NCBI GenBank assembly: GCA_032718475.1
Contig: JAUCBJ010002670.1
Coordinates: forward strand, 1 to 59,505
Direction: 5' to 3'
DNA: 59,505 nt
Source: Nemertoderma westbladi
Lineage: Eukaryota; Animalia; Xenacoelomorpha
The notes under the pieces were generated by a model that searched no databases, was not told the origin of the DNA, and saw only the letters and a list, made by a program, of their open reading frames with translations. This document shows, piece after piece, positions 50,468 through 59,505 of the stretch; position 1 is the stretch's first letter, and each line of letters starts with the position of its first letter. The translations under genes were made by a program, and so were the position numbers.

Positions 50468-51934
50468 CAGGAGCAAAATATATTCATCATCAAAATTATA
50501 TTGGTGTGGTGGATTCGGCTGGGCCTGTGTTTGCGGATCCAGGGCCGTGAATTGTTCATGGCTTTGTTGGCAGTGAATTTTTCATGGCTTTTTTGGCCGT
50601 GAAAGGATTCCAAATATGATTTGAGTTTGGTTGTGAAATAGCTAAGATATGGACATTTCGAATGTCCCATTTGTAGATGGCCAATAAGGAATACCTTTAA
50701 CCCCATTAGTACCGGGCTATAAAATGTCGTGTAAATATATTAATATTTATTTATATTATTATAGGTTATCTGGACCGCTGAATTAATTGAAAGTATTATA
50801 GAAGCCTGAAGAATTAGTGGTTCGGCATTTTTGGTGCACCAAAATTAAGGTATGGAAGACATCGAAAACCCATATAAATGCGTTGAAATCAAAACTTCGG
50901 AGTATTTAACGAATATTGCAATTTTGAAAATTTGAAGTGATATAAATAAATAATTAAAAACTCACAAATGACCTTGTAAAATTCGGAAATTTCAAAAGAA
51001 TTTCTGCTCGGGACCAAATTTTGAAGTGGCACCCACATCGAAAAGAAGAAATCTAATTGCAACGCCGTTTTTGGCATAAGAGAGGAAATATCAACTGTCG
51101 CAATACAACAGACTTACAATAAACCAAATACAGAAAAAGTCAGTAACAGTATAGTCACAATTATCGCAAATCAAAAAATGACAAGTAAGCTTTACCGAGT
51201 ACATCACAACCAGCCGTTGGACGTACTCGCGATGTGTTCCCGAGAAATGCCAAAAATTTAAAAGTTGGTGTTTACAAATAAGCAAATTTTGCAACTACTG
51301 TTTTGCATTTTGTAGGTAATACAGTTATGTGTACAGTAAGTAGTACAGTAGACACCTATATTTGTTTTGTTGGAAGATTAAATACGAATTTATTATGTAA
51401 ATTTATGTAATATTATGTAAACGAAATGCTTTTCTACTAAAGTAATATTATTTATTTAACGGTAAACGAACTCCACTATGTAGTATGTAGTACCATTGAT
51501 AAAAACTCAATTGGTGTTGTTTATAATATTATTTGTGTCATTAATCGTATGTAGTAAAGTTAATTACATGATGTTTGCATTATTTATTAATTATAATATT
51601 AAATACGGTATATTAATTTTGTTTTGGTATAAATGGTAGATATGGTTATTAGGTTATAAATTATTGCCTTATTTATTTCATTTGTACAAATATATTATAT
51701 ATACTGTATACTTTAGCATATTGCCTTCATTAACTTAAAATGCACTGATATTTTGTTCTACTGCATCGTGAACAAAGGGGGAGTGTTATGTAACCGAAGC
51801 GCAAGGGGAAGTGTTATGTAATGTGATCTGTAATAATGAAACCAATATGTAGTAAATTGCAATACATTGTTTAAATTGATTAGCCAACACACTAAGTATA
51901 CAATGTTTGTTTAAGAAATAAATCCGCGTAAAGG

Positions 51935-54037
51935 GGTGACACGTCAACTGAACCAAAGTCAATTGAACCACGTCAATTGAACCCACGTCAATTTAACATT
52001 GTGTCAATTGAACCAACGTCAATTGAACCACACGTCAATTGAACCATACGTCATTAGAACCAAAGTTTATCACCCATCAATTGATCCTAACGTCAATTTA
52101 ACCAAGCGTCAATTGAACCAAGCGTCTATTGAACCAAGCGTCAATTGAACCAAGCGTCAATTGACCCATGCGTCAATTGACCCATGCGTCAATTGACCCA
52201 AGCATCAATTTAATGAAATGTTAATTTAACCAACAAAATAATAATTATTGCAAATTTTTGATTTTTTAATCGCGAAATGTTCTACTGGTGGATGAAGATT
52301 CTAGAATGATCTATTTTATTCAATGGGGTTGAATAATATTAATAAATATACATAATATTAATTATATTTTGGAATTCTATTGAACACAGACATCAATATA
52401 GACAAGTTACTCAATTCCTTCTAGTCGACTATTTAAGTTACTTTAACATTTTAATGTTCTTTGTTTATTTATTGGATGTATGCCATCGTCCGTAGGTATT
52501 CTATTTTATCTTGGACGTTATTGTAAGTTTTTGCAACATTTGCTATTCGCTGAGCTAGGTCTCCATATTTCGATCGTGGCGTCTCTGGTTTACCAATCAG
52601 TGCGTTTTGTACTGTTAGTTTCTGAATTGCAATGTCTCGTTGCAATCCTTTAAGTAGTACCCAAATAGTTGGATGTTGGCACAAGAACATTGATTGCAGT
52701 GCATTGTGAAACCCCTCGGTGCAGTTTGTTGTTTTTGGAGCCGCATCCTGACTATCTAAATGATGATTCCACAACTCGATTGGAAAACGAGGTGTAGCTT
52801 TACGTCGACGAAGCATGGTTCCCTTGACGTAGTTAACATCAAAGTACGCCAATAGCTCTAATACATTGTCATCATCCGGAAACTCTTCCGTTAGTTGCTC
52901 AAAGACCACTTCTACATCATGTACTGGAACAAACGCTAATGAAATAATTGACTTTACAAGTATCGCAAAGTCTTTATCTTTTTCGTATCTTCCCTTCAAA
53001 CCTAACTCGTTTACTTTCCGCAGAATTGATTGGCTCAAGTGGAAGTGACAACCGGAGACTTCGCTAGATGGATACTCTATCTTAAATGTGTTTATTGCAG
53101 CTATTCCAAAGTCAAGTAGCATTCGTTTCGGAACGTTTTCTACCATTCCCTTCATTATTTTCCACATACGTGTGTATGTTTCGTTTGTTTTATTAGGTAA
53201 TAGAAAGTACAAAAGAGGAGGATATGATGTTCCAACCTTGGAGTGTATTGTGTATAGTTGGAAGAACATTTGTGGAGTAACCTTAAACGTTCCATCTCCA
53301 AACCAGAGCTTGTTTCCTAAATGTTTAATCATTTCATATTTTCCCAGTGTTATGATGCGATTTGGCTCATCGTTGCCTGTATCATGTAAAACAATGTCCA
53401 TGAAATGTTCTGGAATTGTAAACTCAACGTTTGTCGGATTTGGTATTGCAACACTAATTTCTAATCTGGCTCTTTGTATTGTCCTATACATTTGTGTTTT
53501 TCTTGGCATTTGTGATAGAATTGAATTGTCGACATTTTCCAGGCATGTCCCCAAAATTGTACGTGTTGTCAATAACCCCTCTTTGGCCTTTGATTTCACT
53601 TCCGATATTATTTTGTTCGCTTCTGTCTTTAAGATCTCAGCACTATGTGAGTGTTCACCAGATTCTTTTTTTATATCCTTGCCTTTTGTTATCATGGTAG
53701 CTTGGCATTTGTACTTTCGATAGGCTCTACACCTCCAGTTTTTCATTCCATCTTTTTCCACTCTTAATATATATTCGTACCTGTTATAACTTACAACTTC
53801 GCCACCCCGCTCCGACGATTCAATTGACGTTTGGTTCAACTGACGTTTGGTTCAATTGTCACTTGGTTCAACTGACACTTGGTTCAATTGATGCTTGGTT
53901 CAATTGACGCTTGGTTCAATTGACGCTTGGTTCAATTGCAGCTGGTTTGATTGACGCTGGGTCAATTGACGCATGGTTCAATTGACGTGTTTCAATTGAC
54001 GTGGTTCAATTGACGTTGGTTCAATTTACATGGAACC
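51935..54037 (-). mobile_element. MULE DNA transposon
   Basis: 9-bp TSD gcgtaaagg; imperfect GGT TIRs; inverted subterminal arrays of cgtcaattgaacca units. Confidence 0.93.
52469..53839 (-). CDS. FLYWCH + MULE transposase (open frame, start codon uncertain)
   Basis: WRC....CQA..HSH, GDGTFKVTP..FFQLYTIH, LLDFG, GCHFH, TTNCTEGFHN; no internal stop. Confidence 0.85.
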   Translation of the reverse strand: MNQTSIESSERGGEVVSYNRYEYILRVEKDGMKNWRCRAYRKYKCQATMITKGKDIKKESGEHSHSAEILKTEANKIISEVKSKAKEGLLTTRTILGTCLENVDNSILSQMPRKTQMYRTIQRARLEISVAIPNPTNVEFTIPEHFMDIVLHDTGNDEPNRIITLGKYEMIKHLGNKLWFGDGTFKVTPQMFFQLYTIHSKVGTSYPPLLYFLLPNKTNETYTRMWKIMKGMVENVPKRMLLDFGIAAINTFKIEYPSSEVSGCHFHLSQSILRKVNELGLKGRYEKDKDFAILVKSIISLAFVPVHDVEVVFEQLTEEFPDDDNVLELLAYFDVNYVKGTMLRRRKATPRFPIELWNHHLDSQDAAPKTTNCTEGFHNALQSMFLCQHPTIWVLLKGLQRDIAIQKLTVQNALIGKPETPRSKYGDLAQRIANVAKTYNNVQDKIEYLRTMAYIQ

Positions 54038-54192
54038 GCGTAAAGGACTATCCATAGAAGCCATTAATTAACTGTAATGTGCAAATTAATTAGACTAAAA
54101 ATATGTTTGTGCAGTACGTAATATGTAATTGTTAAAGAATGTATTCTAACTAGTGTCAACTTGATATTCCATATACAGTATCTTTCCGTATT

Positions 54193-56291
54193 GGTAGTAT
54201 TTTTCCATATTATTCTGCCCCGTATGGGGCAGAAGTCCGGCATTGAGTATGCTGTCCACAGTCTGAATGACGCGTTCGAGCGGGACGACTGCAACGGCGT
54301 TCTCCAGGTGGATTCAACCAATGCGTTTAACGCGCTCATCCATGACGGGGCGTTACACAACATCCGCGTAGTGTGCCCCAGGCTCCACAAGATCGTAGCT
54401 AACTGCTATGGCGAACCGGCGCGGCTGTTCGTGGGGGGGGGGGGGGGGGGAACCTTGCTGTCGGAGGAAGGAACAACCCAAGGAGACCCCGTCACGATGG
54501 CCATGTACGGCTGTGGGGTGCTGCCGTTCGTGTGCGAGTTGGAGCGCAGGTGTACCACGGATCAGAAATGGTATGCAGACAATGGGAACTCGGCTGGGAA
54601 GCTGACTGAGCTCCTGAAGTTCCTTGTGATCGCGCTGGCCCGGGGGCCGCTCTACGGGTACTACCCCACCAAGTGTTGCCTCACCGTGAAATCGGACAAA
54701 CTGGCGGAGGCGGAGAAGCTGTTCGCCGGCTACAACGTCTTCATCAACTGTGTCGGGAACAAACTCCTTGGTGGCATCATCGGGACCGAGGAGTTCCGTC
54801 GGAGTTTCACCCAGGAGAAGATTGAGGGGTTCGCAGCCAACGTCGAATGACTTAGCGATATAGTGGCGGTGGACCCGCACTGCGCCTATGCGGGGTTGGC
54901 GTTTGGCCTGGTGTGCCGCTGGCGCTACATTGCCCAGGTGGTTCCGGGTGCGACGGACCAGTTCGGGGAGTTGGAGGAGGCGGTATACCGGTTTCTCTGC
55001 CGCCTCACGGACCGCCCAGCCATTCCGGGGGATGAGTGGGAGTTGGTGTCGCTGCCGATTTGCGACGGCGGGCTTGGAATACCAGTTCCTCAGGATATCT
55101 TGTCTCAGTACCGGCACTCCCGCCTCGTGTGTGAACCGTTCGTCGAGGCCACCACGGAGTCCATGTCGGAGGTCAGGGAGGAACAGATGAAGGTTGTGAA
55201 GTCAATCAAAATTGTGGCAGCGGCTGTAAACAAAATAAAGAAGGACCAAGTAATAGCCAAGCTGCCCCAACACCAAGCCAACCTTTATAACCTGGTAAGC
55301 GAGAAAGGAGCGTCTGCCTGGCTGAACTGCAAACCTCTGACTCTACATGAAACTCACCTAGATAAACAAGAATTCCACGACTCCTTGTGCCTCTGCTAAG
55401 GGTGGACGCCGCCGAATCTCCCATCTCGTTGTGCCTGTGGGGTGTGATTTACCTCATCCCACGTCCTGTTGTGCCCCACTGGAGGATTCCCCTCCATTCG
55501 GCACAATGAGATCCGCAACTTCGTTGCCGACACCCTAACCGAGGTGGCCCACAATGTAGGGGTGGAACCACAACTCCAGCCATTATCGGGCGAGACTTTC
55601 AGCCATCGGTCGACTTCGACAGACCAGCAGGCAAGGCTAGACGTTTCGGTGAGTGGATTCTGGGGCAACCGCTTCCAGAAGACGTTCATCGACGTCTTTA
55701 ACCCGCTGGCAGACATCAACGCGGCGATGTCCCTTCCGGCAGCCCACCTACACCACGAGTCTCGCAAGAGACTCAAGTACGAGGACTGGTTGCGGGAGGT
55801 CGAGCATGCCAGCTTCACTCCACTTATCTTCTCAACGTTCGGTGGAACTTTGCCGGCAGCGTCGCAGTTCCTCAAGCGCCTGTCACTGAAGCTGTCCGAC
55901 AAACGTGACTACCCGTACTCTTAGTGCGTGGTGTGGGTGCACAGACGGCTGAGCTTTGCGCTATTGCGATCAGCCCTCCTCTGTCTGCGTGGCAATCGGT
56001 CTGCCAGGAAGCGTCCGGTGAGGTGCGATGTTGGGGATACGTCCATCGTCCTCAGTAACGCTGACAGCAATCCGGTGTGATGGGCAGTTCATTACAGTAT
56101 TAGCTGCAGACAGTACTGGTATTGCAGTCCAGTAGGCAATATTCTACTGTTGTGTTATACGGTTGCTAGGTGATGGGTAATGACAGCTGGTGGTGGTTGA
56201 ATTATGTTTGTCCAGTAATTTTTGTGCTTTGTGTGTTATTTTTAAAGATGAATATAATATTATAATGGATCCATGAAAAAAAAAATAAAAA
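54193..56291 (+). mobile_element. 5'-truncated CRE-clade (RLE endonuclease) non-LTR retrotransposon
   Basis: VDSTNAFN, EGTTQGDP.TMAMY, WYADN, CPTGG..IRHNEIR, ARLDVS..GFW, HE..K..KY; A-rich tail; TSD tctttccgtatt; several stops. Confidence 0.82.
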
Positions 56292-56369
56292 TCTTTCCGT
56301 ATTTTAGTATACCATTATTTTTCCATGCCATAAATGGACTTCCACTTGGGGTAGATCCACAACAGACAC

Positions 56370-56914
56370 CATCACCATTGCCAATGTTGGATAATAAACC
56401 CACTGCCATAGAAACTAAATTTGCAAACAAGTGCACCCAAAAGAATTTCAATCGCCCCAATCTTCTATCATGCAAATACGTGTTAAATAGCGGCACATCT
56501 CGTGGAACATCTCTGCAGCCAATTATATTAAAAAGGCGGCGAACAGAGTCAAGCGATGAAAACAAGGAACACAGGTTGGTGAGCCCGAGCTATTCTGAAA
56601 TTAGTGTTGGTAGTACCAGCACTAGCAGCAGCAGTATCATTAATACATATATTAAGAACATTGAAGATGAGTGCAATAGCTGTACATCCCAAAGCATTGA
56701 TGATAACATTTAAGAAACATTGGAACACCAGTCAGAAAAATCTACTCAACATAACAATAATTTACTATCTCTCAACAAGGTCATATATTTCAGAAATATC
56801 ATTGTATCTAATAGCAAATTACATATTGGAATTTCAAACGAGTACTTACCAATAATAAACATTCTAACTGAATCTCTTGATTATTCTAAATCTGAGTCAA
56901 CTCGTCTCACATAG
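56370..56914 (+). pseudogene. THAP transposase gene exon 3, 3' part
   Basis: In frame with 34984-35011; one stop at 56711; IVSNSKLHIGIS..Y..IINIL resembles the linker of THAP/DDE_Tnp_4 (ISL2EU-like) transposases. Confidence 0.6.
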
Positions 56915-56958
56915 ATTGATTTATCATTTATAATCCTGCAGTACATCAGAACACCTAC

Positions 56959-57067
56959 TAGTTATTTTACGAGTTATTATACTGGGATGGATTGGAGTAG
57001 ATGCTTGCCCTCGGCTTCGCCTCGGGAAAACATCTACTCCGCGGGTAAATAACTTGTAAAATAACTA
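56959..57067. repeat. Palindromic hairpin element
   Basis: Outer arms match 19/20, inner ggagtagatg/catctactcc, core ccctcggcttcgcctcggg. Confidence 0.8.
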
Positions 57068-57209
57068 AAAACCTTGGTAATATAGTTATTTTCTACTGCT
57101 GACTGTACGTGTACAGTTGACTGCTCTAATACGTAGTTGTATCTTTTAATTAATATCAGGCGAGGGGAGGAACTCAACTTCGTAACTGATGCAGTTATTC
57201 ATAACTGGG

Positions 57210-57350
57210 AATACAGATTCGTAACCAGGTCCTCCGATTTGTACATGAGAACTCCAATTTGTTAAGGGACACTCAGATTTGTAACCAGAAACTCAGATTT
57301 GTAACCAGGATCTCAAATTCGCAACCAGGAACTCAATTTTGTAACTCAAA
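57210..57350. repeat. Degenerate 21-bp tandem repeat
   Basis: About 6-7 units resembling ctcagatttgtaaccagga. Confidence 0.75.
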
Positions 57351-58846
57351 TGTGTTACTGAATGAAACAAATTCATTATACCACCCTCCAGTATATCCAC
57401 ACAGCAAAGAGTACTGGTAATCATAACAAACAATTAGTGAGGAATGTTTTTAATTATATTCTCCTTTGTTATAAATAATATACAATTAATTATACTCGAT
57501 TAATACAATAAATGAAATGTTATTCGAAGAAAAAAAGTATCAGAATTATTAATAAATTAAATGAAACTAATCGATAAATAGATGAAAATGTAAACTATTC
57601 TTGTATTAGATATCCGTTCCGTTCAACTGGTACAGGTAGGCCTAGCTAACTGCACTAGGCTTACTGGCCCGGAAGGCCTACTGCAATAGGCCTAATCTAA
57701 CTCCAATACCGGTAACCTGTTTGGCAGTGGCACCAGTTAGCTGGTTAATCAGAATTTCCGGTAACCCTCGTCCTCCAAAAGAAATCTCGGCTGCTTCTGT
57801 TCATTGTTGACCATTTAATTAATATTGTTTCGCTTACGCTCTGCTACCATTGTAAAATCTTAACAAATTCTGCAATACTGACACTATAATCAACAGTATT
57901 AATATTTATATTATATATTTTGATATTTATATTATATATTATATTTACAACTAGTCACAATACAATATTACAGACATCCTTTCCTACCTGTACTTCACCT
58001 TATTACAGTCTGTCCTACAGACAATATAATATATTATGAACCCTTCCTTCACCTTAGGTCCAACAATTAATCCAAGGTAAAATCCTTTTAAAGATGGTTT
58101 AAAGACAGACAATGAATGTAAGGGAAGACTTGATAAACTTACTTCAAAGGTTGCAATTTATAGAACCTGAAATTAATAAAATTAACAATAATGGAATTAA
58201 TTTTAATTTATGTAAATCACAGGAAATTTCAATAATTTCGAACTATTAATCAAAATATAATAAACTACATCCACAGAACGAAAATTTACGATATGGGGAT
58301 ATTCCTAGACGCTGATTTCATTTCTTATGTCAATTTTAATATTTAACCGCACGTAGAATGTCTGTTTGTCTGTTTTTATATCTGTCTGTCGGTCTGTCAA
58401 AATATAAGGAGGCATATAACCTTAGCAAAATTTCTGATGCTTGGTATTCAGTTCTGATATCAGTTTTAATGTTTGATAACACCTGGACTCTGTCATCTGT
58501 CTGTCTGTTGGTCTCACAGTCAAATTATTACTATAATTATTCATTATTGAAGGTTTTCCTAGTCGCTGATTTCATTTCTGATGTCAATTATAATAATTGA
58601 CAAAACCTGAAATGTCTGTCTATCTATTTGTATGTATGTATGTTTGTCTGTCATGACAGACAGATTAACAGACAAACAAATATACATACATACTAGACTC
58701 CGTCAAACAGGAAAGATAACACCAGAAATGAAATCACCACAAAAGTTCATCTTTTTTTCTCAGATAGACAAACAGAGCAATAGACAGAGAAACAGAAAAA
58801 TTGTTTAGAAAGGAAGAATTGTTTATGTAATACATCTTTATCATTG

Positions 58847-58954
58847 GCTCTCTTGAGATATATAACATTAGGTTTGAAATTAAAACAGTAAAGCTGTATG
58901 GCTCTCTGGAAACATATAACATTAGGTTTGAAATGAAAACTGTAAAGCTATATG
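58847..58954. repeat. 54-bp tandem duplication
   Basis: ggctctc..atataacattaggtttgaaat..taaagct.tat occurs twice. Confidence 0.85.
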
Positions 58955-59225
58955 GTCCTGAGAATGTGCGCTATATTTGGACAAAATCAACTTTCCTTAG
59001 TGATCTGACAAACTTAAAATCTTAATATATATAAGAATTGTAAGTTATTAATTTTCTGTTCATAAGTCAGTAGCCGACCACTACAGTCTCTAATTTATGA
59101 TATATTATATTTTTCAGCAGATTTGTTACTTTCCACCGGCTTTACTTGAAGTGTATGTGGGGCGACTCAGAACTGCGAGCCATCAGGAACCGTGTTAATT
59201 ATACTATGGCCGTTTTCCAAAAGTC

Positions 59226-59281
59226 TGTGTGTGTGTGTGTGTGTGTGGGGGTGTGTTGGTGGGTGTGTTGGTGTGTGTGTG
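59226..59281. repeat. (GT)n microsatellite
   Basis: Directly visible. Confidence 0.9.
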
Positions 59282-59505
59282 CCAGAAACCATAATTGTTG
59301 GGAGCCAAGATATAACATGCCATAGTATAATTATAATTGTTCGCTAAGATAGCTTGCAGCTTCTTCTGCTGCACGAAGGCCCCAGAATGAGATAGATCAT
59401 TTCTATTTCAAGCTGGAATTCGTATTATTACTTAATTCTTAAAAACATAATCTGGCACTTTATTAGATTATAGTGTTTTAAGGTGTTTTAAAATCCGAGC
59501 GATAG

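Larger units (their letters stand above)
35012..56364 (+). mobile_element. BEL/Pao LTR retrotransposon, decayed and expanded by nested insertions
   Basis: Homologous LTRs tgttatgtaatgtg...ccacaaca, TSD gacac on both sides, PBS, gag, integrase remnant and PPT all in the expected order. Confidence 0.92.
51812..56364 (+). repeat. BEL/Pao 3' LTR in three pieces (51812-51934, 54047-54192, 56304-56364)
   Basis: The pieces reassemble colinearly with 35012-35371; PPT aaggggaag at 51803-51811. Confidence 0.9.

Noticed and set aside
49588-51300. piggyBac-like ends (ttaaccc at about 49588 and about 50697)
   Set aside because: No matching right terminus or transposase was found.
51941-52230. CRISPR-like short repeats
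   Set aside because: The units are contiguous without spacers and are mirrored at the other MULE end.
54353-55902. Long antisense ORFs
   Set aside because: Shadow frames of GC-rich CRE coding sequence.

Overview
AT-rich eukaryotic DNA (spliceosomal introns; probably an invertebrate animal) made almost entirely of nested, mostly decayed transposable elements. I found no intact host gene, rRNA or CRISPR array. It contains hATm, Merlin, Sola2-like, MULE and THAP-bearing DNA transposons, LINEs (CR1/L2-type, RTE, RTE-X, CRE), BEL/Pao and Gypsy-like LTR elements. One BEL/Pao element (35012-56364, TSD gacac) has grown to 21 kb by hosting at least six further insertions, and it splits exon 3 of a spliced THAP transposase gene. 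The most unusual signals are: (i) a non-autonomous LTR element (39704-45467) with no tRNA primer site but a perfect 10-nt complement of its own LTR, suggesting self-priming, plus a related solo LTR that differs in that segment; (ii) two copies of a tRNA-like Pol III head fused directly to a minimal hammerhead ribozyme; (iii) two unidentified decayed ORFs. Family names come from motif recognition by eye, not from database searches.
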